Source: Candidatus Undinarchaeales archaeon
Lineage (GTDB): Archaea; SpSt-1190; JASMDC01
Length of the DNA stretch: 43,225 bases
NCBI GenBank assembly: GCA_030753015.1
Contig: JASMDC010000030.1
Location: 1 to 43,225, forward strand
Direction: 5' to 3'
In this document: positions 25,634-33,870 of the stretch, piece after piece
How the letters are laid out: every line of letters begins with the position of its first letter
Position numbering within the stretch: position 1 is the first letter of the stretch
Position numbers and translations under genes: made by a program
The notes under the pieces: model-generated
Told to the model about the DNA's origin: nothing
Seen by the model: the letters and a program-made list of their open reading frames with translations, nothing else
Databases searched by the model: none

Positions 25634-27181
25634 TCACTCTTTGCCCTGCTGCGACTCCAGGTAGATCTGGAGCCACAGAGGGAGCTCGAAGGCCTCCTCG
25701 ATGGTGGGGTTCCGCTTCTGCATCAGCTCGTCCCACGACGTGTCCTCTGCGAACCCGGTGGCCTCGTACAGCTGCTTGTAATGATCGTACTCCCGCTGCA
25801 CGCTGGGGACGTAGATGTGGAGCCCCGTTGCAGTGCCATGGGACTGGGCGTTGTGCTGCTCGGCAACGACCACCTGTCCGATGGACTTTATCACCTTGTT
25901 GGCAGCATCGCGCACTGCGGGTTCGTACTTCTCGTTGGCCGCGAGCCGCTCGGCCAGGTCACCCAGGTCCACGAGGGGCTCCGGGAAACCGAGCAAAGGA
26001 TTGGTGCCGAAGTGAAGGCTTGCGTCGTTGGCCTTGTTGAACTCCTCCATGGGGACCTTCGATCCGAGCAGAGCATCGGCCAATCCATCCACGGCCTCGG
26101 CCACCTTGGGCATCTTGGCCACCTCGGTGGCAGAGAGTGTCCTGAGGTTCTGCTGGTCGTTCTCGGCCTCCTTGACGATGAGGTAGCTCATCAGCTTGGG
26201 CGAGAGCTCGGGGCGCGGGCCGTCCTTGAAGGCCTTGGAGTACTTCTCCATGACCACAAGGGCACGGTTGCCCATGATGCCCTCGTAGGGCCAGCCCTCG
26301 GCGCCCTCATTCTCCTCGCTGGCCACCAGGAAGTCGGTGACGCTCCGTACTTGGTAGGCGCCCTCGGCCGATGCCATGAGGCACGCGTCGTACCCGAGCA
26401 CGTCGATCTTGACGCCCGTCTTCTGCTGGACCTTGCCCAGAGCCTCCTGGACCTGTGCCCAAGTCATGGAATCGGTACCCGCGGAATCATCGATAATCGA
26501 GCCGGTCCAGCCCATACCGTGGTCGGAGATGACGAGCATGTAGTTCTTCGCAGGGAAGTTCTGGACGCCCCACTCCACGAAGTCCTGGAGGTTCGCAGGA
26601 TCGGCCATGTCGATCTGACCTAGCTCACCCAGAACGGGGGAGTTGAGCTCGCCCTTAGTACCATCCTTCTGGAGGTGATAGCGCCGGGCACCGGTCCACG
26701 CTCGCTTGCCCATGTCGATCTTGCCGTCTGCCTTCTCGCCGCGGTCGAGCTGGACGATCACGTCCGCGTTGTCGGTGGAGCCTATCTTCTCCATATCGTC
26801 CACATCGGCGACCTGATAGGCCTCAAGATTGTTGTCCGCGGCGGAGTAGACGAGGATGGTCCACTCCTTGCCTTCGGCCTGGTCGTCCTGGGCAGCGTAG
26901 TTGAGCGGGATGGACGACGGGAGAGTGACCTGATAGTCACCCATATCGATGACGTTGCCTTGTTTGGCCTGTTCGGTCTCGATGACGTACGCCGGCTGAG
27001 GGTCCGTTCCGGGAGGCGGGAGCGTGTTGGGGAGCATGCCGCCACCGATGCCGACAATAGCACCACCGATGGTGGCTACAAGTCCAAGCCCTGCGGCGGC
27101 GTAGGTCGCCACCTGCTTGGTAGTAAGCCCCTCTTCCTTCTCGTTCGCTTCCGGTTCAGGTTCCTGCTCGACGTACATCAT
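25634..27181 (-). CDS. Clostripain-family (C11) cysteine peptidase with conserved leader, copy 3
   Basis: KEWTILVYSAADNNLE, VQLDR, FPAKNYMLVISDHG.GW (catalytic His), GYDACLM (catalytic Cys), ASEENE..EGWPY. Confidence 0.92.
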   Translation of the reverse strand: MMYVEQEPEPEANEKEEGLTTKQVATYAAAGLGLVATIGGAIVGIGGGMLPNTLPPPGTDPQPAYVIETEQAKQGNVIDMGDYQVTLPSSIPLNYAAQDDQAEGKEWTILVYSAADNNLEAYQVADVDDMEKIGSTDNADVIVQLDRGEKADGKIDMGKRAWTGARRYHLQKDGTKGELNSPVLGELGQIDMADPANLQDFVEWGVQNFPAKNYMLVISDHGMGWTGSIIDDSAGTDSMTWAQVQEALGKVQQKTGVKIDVLGYDACLMASAEGAYQVRSVTDFLVASEENEGAEGWPYEGIMGNRALVVMEKYSKAFKDGPRPELSPKLMSYLIVKEAENDQQNLRTLSATEVAKMPKVAEAVDGLADALLGSKVPMEEFNKANDASLHFGTNPLLGFPEPLVDLGDLAERLAANEKYEPAVRDAANKVIKSIGQVVVAEQHNAQSHGTATGLHIYVPSVQREYDHYKQLYEATGFAEDTSWDELMQKRNPTIEEAFELPLWLQIYLESQQGKE

Positions 27182-27189
27182 TAACCCTC

Positions 27190-28689
27190 CTACTGGCCTC
27201 CCTTATTCTGATTCGCCCGCTCCTGGAGGAACTCGTCCCACTGGGTGTCCTCTGCGAAGTCGAGCTCACCGTACTTATCACCGTCGAAGGAGTCCTGGCC
27301 CTCTCCAGGTGGACCGTTGAAGGGCACGTATATGTGCAGCCCGTGGGCGTTGGGATGGCTGGTCTCGTTGTGCTGCTCGGCGACGACAACCTGGTCGACG
27401 GCCTCGATGACCTTTGCCGCGGCCTCGCGCACATCAGCGCCGTAGGCACCATTGGCAGAGACCTTCTCGGCCAGCTCTACTGCGTCCACGAGCGGCTCCT
27501 CAAACCACCACTGCCTCCCAAAGTGGAAGCTCTCCTCGGCGATCTTGTTGAACTCGCTGATGGGCACCTTGGACCCTCGCAGCGCCTCGGCGAATCCGTC
27601 CATGGCCTCGGCGACCTTGGGCATCTTCTCCACCTCGACGGCAGAGAGAGTAGGGAGGTTCCGCTGGTCGTTCTCGGCCTCCTTGACGATGAGGAAGCTC
27701 ATGAGCTTCGGAGTGAGCTCTGGGCGCTTACCGTCCTTGAAGGCCGTGGAGAACTTCTCCATGACCACCAGGGCCCGGTTGCCCATGATACCCTCGTAGG
27801 GCCAGCCCTCGGCACCCTCCAGCTCCTGGCTCGCCACCAGGAAGTCGGTGACGCTCCGTACCTGGTAGGCGCCCTCGGCCGACGCCATGAGGCAGGCGTC
27901 GTACCCGAGCACGTCGATCTTCACACCGGTGCGCTGCTGGACCTTGCCCAGTGCTTCCTGGACCTCGACCCAGGTCATCTCGTGGTCCCCGGAGGAGTCG
28001 TCCCCGATGGCCCCGGTCCATCCGGCGCCGTGGTCCGAGATGATGAGCATGTAGTTATCGGCGGGGTAGTTGTTCACACCCCACTCGAGGAAGTCCGCGA
28101 GCACGTCGGGATCGGCCATGTTGACCTGCCCGAGCTCGCCCATCATGGGGGAGTTGAGCTTCCCTTTCTCGGCGTCCTTCTGGAGGTGGTAGCGCCGGGC
28201 GCCGGTCCAGGCCCTCTCTCCCGAGTCGACCTGGCCCTCGGCGACCGTGCCGCGGTCGACTTGGATCACGACGTCCACGTACTTGTCAGAACCGACCGTC
28301 TCCATGTCGTCGTTGTCGGCCATGAGATACGGCTCGAGGTTGTTGTCGGCGGCCGAGTAGACGAGGACGGTCCACTCCTTGCCCTGCGTACGGGCGTCCT
28401 GGTCCGCATAGGTCAGGGGGAGGGACGAGGGGAGGGTTACCTTGTAGTCGCCCATGTCGATGACGTTACCCTGAGTGCTCTGTTCGGTCTCGGTCACATA
28501 GGCCGGACGCGGGGTCGTGTCCGGGGGCGGCTGGAACGGCGGAAGGATGTTGATCGCACCGCCGATGGCGGCTACGAGCCCAAGGCCCGCTGCGGTGTAG
28601 GCCGCGACCTGCTTGAACGTAAGCCCGTCCTCTTCTCGTTCCGGCGCTTCATCGTGCTCGTTCTCATTCTCGATATACATCATGATCAC
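27190..28689 (-). CDS. Clostripain-family (C11) cysteine peptidase with conserved leader, copy 2
   Basis: KEWTVLVYSAADNNLE, YPADNYMLIISDHGAGW, GYDACLM, GLHIYVP; GGTGA SD. Confidence 0.92.
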   Translation of the reverse strand: MIMMYIENENEHDEAPEREEDGLTFKQVAAYTAAGLGLVAAIGGAINILPPFQPPPDTTPRPAYVTETEQSTQGNVIDMGDYKVTLPSSLPLTYADQDARTQGKEWTVLVYSAADNNLEPYLMADNDDMETVGSDKYVDVVIQVDRGTVAEGQVDSGERAWTGARRYHLQKDAEKGKLNSPMMGELGQVNMADPDVLADFLEWGVNNYPADNYMLIISDHGAGWTGAIGDDSSGDHEMTWVEVQEALGKVQQRTGVKIDVLGYDACLMASAEGAYQVRSVTDFLVASQELEGAEGWPYEGIMGNRALVVMEKFSTAFKDGKRPELTPKLMSFLIVKEAENDQRNLPTLSAVEVEKMPKVAEAMDGFAEALRGSKVPISEFNKIAEESFHFGRQWWFEEPLVDAVELAEKVSANGAYGADVREAAAKVIEAVDQVVVAEQHNETSHPNAHGLHIYVPFNGPPGEGQDSFDGDKYGELDFAEDTQWDEFLQERANQNKGGQ

Positions 28690-28699
28690 CTGTTGAACA

Positions 28700-30175
28700 T
28701 CACGGACCCGACGGGGTCTGCTTCATCTTCTCTGCCCGATCCTTGAGCCACTCGTCCCACTGGGTGTCCTCGGTGAACTCGAGCTGCTCGTACGCCTCGC
28801 CGTCGTAGGACCCTGCCCACCAGCTCGACGGGACGTAGATGTGCAGCCCGTGGGAGCCGGGATGGGTCGAGTTGTGGTGCTCGGCCACAATCACCTGGTC
28901 CACGGCCTCGATGACCTTGTTGGCGGCGAGCTTCACGTCCTTGCCATACTGGTCGTTTGCGGCGAGGTTCGTGGCCAGGTCGACCACGTCCACCAGGGGC
29001 GAGCCCCAGCCGTAGTCCTGGCTGTTGCCCTCAATGGTATTGAACTCGGTGACAGGGACCTCGGACGCACGCAGGGCGACGGCGAGCCCGTTCACGGCTG
29101 ATGCCACCTTGGGCATCTTCTCGAGCTCTGTTGAGGAGAGCGTGTCGAAAGTGGCGGTATCATTGGCGCCTTCCTTGACGATGAGGTAGGAGTAGAGCTT
29201 GGGCGTGAGCGCGGGGCGGTCGGTGTCCTTGAAGGTGCGGTTGAACTTCTCCATGACGTCCAGTGCCCGCTGGCTGATGATACCCTCGAAGGGCCAGCCC
29301 TCGACGCCCTCCAGCTCCTCGCTGGCCACCAGGAACCCGGCCGCGTCGCGGACCTGATAGGCGACCTCGGTCGATCCCATGAGGCAGGCATCGAATCCGA
29401 GGATGTCGATCTGTGCACCAGTGCGCTCCTTGACCCGCTCGAGCGCCTGGTCGAGCTCAGGCGTGGACATCTGTCCGGCGTGGTGTGAGCTGTCGTCGAT
29501 GAAGCCCTCCCAGCCCGAGCCGTGGTCGGCGATGATGAGCATGTAGTGCTTGGCGGGGAAGTTCTTGACGGTGAACTCCACGAACTCCGCCAGTGTCTCG
29601 GGAGCGGCCATGTCCACCTGTCCGAGCTCCGCTAGCACCGGTGAGTTGTAGTTGACCGGGTCGGTATCCTTCTGGATGTGGTAGCGCCGGGCACCGGTCC
29701 AGTCGCCGCCCTGGGGCGTGTCGGCGGTGTATCCGCGGTCCACCTGGACCACGACGTCCATGTAGTCGTTGGATCCCAGCTTCTCCATGTCGTTGATGTC
29801 GGTGAGCTGGTCGTTCTCGAGGTTGTTGTCGGAGGCGGAGTAGATCATGACGGTCCATTCCTTGGCCTCAGCGGGAACCCGGGCGTCCTCGCCGTAAACG
29901 AGAGGGATGTCCTTGGGCAGAGTGACCTGGTAGTCGCCCATGTCGATGGTGCCGCCCTTGACGGCGTCCTGCACTTCCGTGACATAGGCGGGCCGGTAGG
30001 GTCCAGTCCCCGACGCGGGGGTCGCGTCCATGGGTCCCACGGCCGTGCCGATGGCGCCACCTACGGCGGCTGCGAGGCCGAGGCCCAGTGCGGCGTACAC
30101 GCCCACCTTCTTGAGCGTGAGCCCTTCCTTCTCGTTCTCTATTTCCGTTTCGTACTCCGTCTCCATTATCATCAT
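28700..30175 (-). CDS. Clostripain-family (C11) cysteine peptidase with conserved leader, copy 1
   Basis: KEWTVMIYSASDNNLE, FPAKHYMLIIADHGSGW, GFDACLMG, GLHIYVP. Confidence 0.92.
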   Translation of the reverse strand: MMIMETEYETEIENEKEGLTLKKVGVYAALGLGLAAAVGGAIGTAVGPMDATPASGTGPYRPAYVTEVQDAVKGGTIDMGDYQVTLPKDIPLVYGEDARVPAEAKEWTVMIYSASDNNLENDQLTDINDMEKLGSNDYMDVVVQVDRGYTADTPQGGDWTGARRYHIQKDTDPVNYNSPVLAELGQVDMAAPETLAEFVEFTVKNFPAKHYMLIIADHGSGWEGFIDDSSHHAGQMSTPELDQALERVKERTGAQIDILGFDACLMGSTEVAYQVRDAAGFLVASEELEGVEGWPFEGIISQRALDVMEKFNRTFKDTDRPALTPKLYSYLIVKEGANDTATFDTLSSTELEKMPKVASAVNGLAVALRASEVPVTEFNTIEGNSQDYGWGSPLVDVVDLATNLAANDQYGKDVKLAANKVIEAVDQVIVAEHHNSTHPGSHGLHIYVPSSWWAGSYDGEAYEQLEFTEDTQWDEWLKDRAEKMKQTPSGP

Positions 30176-30203
30176 CTCCCGTCCCTGTCATATGATCCGG
30201 TAA

Positions 30204-31622
30204 TCATTGCTCCCCTTCCACTCCGTCGGGATTATCCGTCCCTGTGGGCGGTGGAGCGGAACCGGGATCGGACTGCAGAGCGCGGTCCAACTGGATAATG
30301 CCGTGGCCGTAATACTGATCCCAGCCGCTGCTGCCGCGGTCCAGCGCGGTGGTCTCAAGCGCGGTGCGCACCCGTTCTGGCGTGTTGAAATCGCTGGAAT
30401 AGCCGATCAGCACGGCGGCCGCCCCTGCCACGTGCGGCGCCGCCTGGGAGGTGCCGCTATTGTAGATGTAGGTGTCGTCAAGGCCGGTGGAGCCGATGTC
30501 CGATCCGGGCGCGGCCAGGTCTACAAAATCGCCGTAAGTGGAGAAACGAGAGCGGTTGTCGCTGGAGTCCGTAGACGCCACTGCAATCGTGTTCTCGTAG
30601 GCAGCCGGGTAGTCGATGGTGTTGCTGCCGGAGTTGCCGGCGGCAGTCACCACCGTCACGCCGTGCTCCACCGCATAATTGACGGCGTCTTCCAACGCCC
30701 TGGAGTTAAAAGGGGCTCCCAAGCTCAGATTAATGACGTCCGCACCGTTATCCGTGGCGAAGATAATGCCGTCGACGATGGCGGAGTACCTGCCGGCGCC
30801 GTTCGAACCCAGCACCTTGACCGGCATAATGCGCGCCCCCCACGAGACGCCGGCGACGCCCTCCCCGTTGTTGCTGACCGCCGCTGCAATTCCCGCCACG
30901 TGCGTACCGTGCCCCTGATCGTCCTGCGGGTTGTCGTCCCGGTTGACAAAGTCGTATCCAGGCACGATCTTGGCTGCCAGGTCAGGGTGGTCGAGGTCAA
31001 CCCCGGTGTCCAACACGGCGATTATGACCGAGTTCGATCCGGTACTCAGGTCCCACGCCTGCGGAGCCCGGATGCGCTGCGGGCCGTACTGCAAAGACCA
31101 ATATGTATCGTTGGGCGTTATGTCGAAAGCATGGGCCACGTAGTTCAACTCGGCATATTCCACCAGCCCTGAGTTGTTCAGCGCATCCAACAGTTTCTTG
31201 GCGTCACCATCGCCGGCGCGCAGCAGCTGAACGTCGAGGGAGGAGATCTCGCCCTCGATCCGCGCATCCAGGCCATCGATGAGCGCATCCGAGTCGCTCT
31301 TGTACAAATCTCTACTGAACTTCACCAGCACTTCGTCCGGCACGTACCCCTCGCTGTACACCATGGGGGTGCCCTCGGGAAGGGTGACCTGGTAGTCGCC
31401 CATGTCGATGACGTTCCCCTGGCTGCTGTGCTCGATCTCGGTCAGATAGGCCGGCCGCGGGGTCGTGCCCGGCGGGGGCGGGATGATACTTATGGCCCCG
31501 CCAATGGCGGCCACAATGCCCAGGCCCAGGGCGGCGTACCCGCCGACCTTCTTGAGCGTGAGCCCTTCCTTCTCATTCTCCAAGTCCGTTTCGTACTCCG
31601 TCACCATGATCATCACTCCCAC
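30204..31622 (-). CDS. S8 subtilase (thermitase-like) with the same conserved leader
   Basis: Triad IAVLDTG / QGHGTHVAG / SGTSQAAPHVAG, oxyanion AAGN, prodomain YVPDEVLVKF...VEYAELNY; exact start among 31622/31613/31607 uncertain. Confidence 0.95.
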   Translation of the reverse strand: MGVMIMVTEYETDLENEKEGLTLKKVGGYAALGLGIVAAIGGAISIIPPPPGTTPRPAYLTEIEHSSQGNVIDMGDYQVTLPEGTPMVYSEGYVPDEVLVKFSRDLYKSDSDALIDGLDARIEGEISSLDVQLLRAGDGDAKKLLDALNNSGLVEYAELNYVAHAFDITPNDTYWSLQYGPQRIRAPQAWDLSTGSNSVIIAVLDTGVDLDHPDLAAKIVPGYDFVNRDDNPQDDQGHGTHVAGIAAAVSNNGEGVAGVSWGARIMPVKVLGSNGAGRYSAIVDGIIFATDNGADVINLSLGAPFNSRALEDAVNYAVEHGVTVVTAAGNSGSNTIDYPAAYENTIAVASTDSSDNRSRFSTYGDFVDLAAPGSDIGSTGLDDTYIYNSGTSQAAPHVAGAAAVLIGYSSDFNTPERVRTALETTALDRGSSGWDQYYGHGIIQLDRALQSDPGSAPPPTGTDNPDGVEGEQ

Positions 31623-32671
31623 TCCACCCAGTCGGGATTGTAGGTGCCCAGGGGCAGGTCGTCCCCGAACATCGATTGTGGTGAATACCCTAGTTGCGAA
31701 TAAGCGACATCCCGGGGGATGAGCAGATCGCGAACGTTGTTATCGGTGAGATAGGCCTTACCGTCGATGATCGTCTCGGTCCAGGCGTGACCTCCGCCCT
31801 TCATCGTCCCGAGCACCACCACCGAATCGTAACCCTTGGCCTCGAGCAGCGAGTTGGAGGCGAGTGCGTAGTCCTCGCAGTCCCCCCTGCCGAGGGAAGT
31901 GAGGAAGTGCTCCGGGTTCTGCCAGTAGTCGGTGTGACCGAGATGCTCGGCGTCGAAGAAGTACTTCCCCATGAGCGGTTTGCCGTCGGCGAACCGCATG
32001 AACTTGATACCGGATATGGTGTTCTCGCCGATATTTATTGAGCTGGGAAGGTCGCGGACCTCGAGGTTGTTGGCGTAGCCCTGGACGATCTCACTGTCCG
32101 GTGTGATGTAGGACGAGGGATCGTTGGGCATGTAGAAGCCCCGCTGTTCGCCGATCTCCTGGTGCCTGAGCGAGGGGAAGCCGTCGGGGATGCCATCGCT
32201 GTTCGCGTCAGCGTTATCGGGGTGGAGGTCGTAGGCGTCAGCGAGCCCGTCACCGTCCCGGTCGGGGAGCATGAAGTCGGGGTCCTTGCCGTCGATGATA
32301 CCGTCAGCGTCCACGTCAGGATTGGACCAATCCCAGTCCCGGCCGTCGAGGATGCCGTCCCCGTCGATGTCGGGATTACCGGGGTGAGGGTCGATGGAGT
32401 CGTAGAGGTGGTCGCCGTCGGCGTCCGCCATGGCCTGTTCGGGAGAGAGCGTGGGAACGCTGTCGTCGCCCAGCACACGGGTCTTGGGGGGCCCGGGCTC
32501 GGCCTCCTTGCCGAGCAGTGCACCAAGGACGAGCCCACCGGTGATGGTGAGGCCGACCGCTATGAATCCCTTGGCCACAGATTCGGCGTTGAGGTCCTCG
32601 GTGACCGTGTAGCCGTCGGCCGCCGTGGCGGTCCCGGCCTCATCGGTCTCGAGGTCGATGTCCATCGCCAT
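31613..32671 (-). CDS. Membrane-anchored transglutaminase-like cysteine protease with Asp-rich Ca-binding repeats
   Basis: TM helix; D.DGDG..D repeats; DYWQNP..FL...GDCEDYAL, GGHAWTE, downstream D (Cys-His-Asp triad). Confidence 0.82.
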   Translation of the reverse strand: MAMDIDLETDEAGTATAADGYTVTEDLNAESVAKGFIAVGLTITGGLVLGALLGKEAEPGPPKTRVLGDDSVPTLSPEQAMADADGDHLYDSIDPHPGNPDIDGDGILDGRDWDWSNPDVDADGIIDGKDPDFMLPDRDGDGLADAYDLHPDNADANSDGIPDGFPSLRHQEIGEQRGFYMPNDPSSYITPDSEIVQGYANNLEVRDLPSSINIGENTISGIKFMRFADGKPLMGKYFFDAEHLGHTDYWQNPEHFLTSLGRGDCEDYALASNSLLEAKGYDSVVVLGTMKGGGHAWTETIIDGKAYLTDNNVRDLLIPRDVAYSQLGYSPQSMFGDDLPLGTYNPDWVEWE

Positions 32672-33651
32672 CAGTTCCCCTCCCGTACTTCGAGCTCATA
32701 TCCACTCTCGTCGATCTCGTACACCTGGACGCCGTACACGTCCTCGAAGGAGGGGATGATGTGCATGTCCTTGCCCTGGCCTCGCATGTGGAGCGACGCC
32801 TCGAAGTCCTCGATGACCTTGGACGGATCGTTCTGGATATCCTGGTAGAACTGCTGGGCGGCTTTCTTGAGCTCGCCCTTGAAGTAGGGGACACGGTCGC
32901 GTTCGAATGTCTTGACCGCCTCCTCGCCCTCGAAGGCAGCGAGCGTGGCCTCGTCCTTGTACTGCTTCTGGACGGGTTCGAGGTACTCGTTCAGTGTCGC
33001 CTGGACCACCTGGGTGCCCACATATTCGAGCGTTGTCTTCAACGCGCCCTCACGCGAGGAGAACTGCATCCAAATGGCGTCCTTCTCCTGCTCGGAGAGC
33101 GGGCCGTTACCTCCGTTGATCCTGGAGGTCTCGATGGTCTCGATAAGCTTGTGGTAATCGGTCCGGGCATCGAACTGCGCCAGGTTCTCGACGCTGTAGG
33201 ACACCTGGCCGTGGATGTACGCTTCCTTGGCGGCGTCGGCCTTCTGACCGGTGTAGGTTGCGAGCTGCCCGACGGGGATGTCGATGTCGACCGTCTGACG
33301 TTCAAGGGACACCTCCTCGTAGCTGGAGAATGGGACTGGGAGACGAAGGACGAACTTGCTTCCATCGGTCTCGTTCTCGATGTAGCGGGTGCCACCTTCG
33401 AAGTCGAGGATGCCCCGTTCATCGAGCTGGACGGACTCGTGGATGATGGCGCCGGTGTTGGGAGGGACGATACCGACCGTGGACACCATACCGAAACCGA
33501 CCCCGAGGGAGGCGAGACCGAGGCCGATGTACTTGCCGACGGTCATGGCCTGCGCGCCCAGCGGCAGGTCCGAGAACTTAGTTACTTCCTCCTCACGGTT
33601 GTCCGGTTGTAGGTCTTCCTCTTTGAGCTTCTCGTCCTCAAGGTTCCTCAT
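32671..33651 (-). CDS. Hypothetical membrane-anchored protein, first gene of the protease operon
   Basis: Acidic N-terminus, KYIGLGLASLGVGFGMV hydrophobic segment, helical C-terminal part; TGATG overlap with the next gene. Confidence 0.8.
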   Translation of the reverse strand: MRNLEDEKLKEEDLQPDNREEEVTKFSDLPLGAQAMTVGKYIGLGLASLGVGFGMVSTVGIVPPNTGAIIHESVQLDERGILDFEGGTRYIENETDGSKFVLRLPVPFSSYEEVSLERQTVDIDIPVGQLATYTGQKADAAKEAYIHGQVSYSVENLAQFDARTDYHKLIETIETSRINGGNGPLSEQEKDAIWMQFSSREGALKTTLEYVGTQVVQATLNEYLEPVQKQYKDEATLAAFEGEEAVKTFERDRVPYFKGELKKAAQQFYQDIQNDPSKVIEDFEASLHMRGQGKDMHIIPSFEDVYGVQVYEIDESGYELEVREGN

Positions 33652-33749
33652 TTCGGTTACCCCCTAGTTTCATACGTCCGTCCCCGTAGCCACGGCTGCG
33701 GCATGCCATACTGTACCGTGGCGTCCGGACCTCATTCGCCACCCTTCCG

Positions 33750-33781
33750 ACCTTATATAGGTTGTTCCTCCATATATCGGA
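33750..33781 (-). promoter_or_regulatory. Putative TATA promoter of the protease operon
   Basis: CCTTATATAGG (near-palindromic) and CATATATC about 100-130 nt upstream of ATG 33651. Confidence 0.45.
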
Positions 33782-33870
33782 AAATTCCGCGAGAAACGCA
33801 TCACTACGGCTTAGTTACAACTCCGGAGTACGGTGGAAAAAGACACGTTATGACGGATGCGGCGCAGGGT

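Noticed and set aside
26090-27965. Near-identical repeat pair as diversity-generating retroelement TR/VR
   Set aside because: Both copies lie within full paralogous genes, differences are not adenine-specific and no reverse transcriptase is present.
25550-31172. Long plus-strand ORFs (25550..26623, 27334..28746, 30207..31172)
   Set aside because: Antisense shadows of the protease genes, expected from GC-rich codon bias; no motifs or promoters.
27178-31622. Stacked Met codons at protease starts (MMY, MIMMY, MMIME, MIMV)
   Set aside because: Explained by GGTGAT/GGAGATGAT SD sequences creating in-frame ATG/GTG; affects start assignment only.
7888-33651. Island as a prophage or mobile element (M23/SLT as phage lysin or tape measure)
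   Set aside because: No integrase, terminase, capsid, tail or att-like repeats; the hydrolase has a Sec-type signal peptide and surface-protein domains.
33680-33725. Short inverted repeats upstream of the protease operon as a riboswitch
   Set aside because: Stems rely on G-T pairs on the plus strand that become mismatches in the mRNA; too weak to call.
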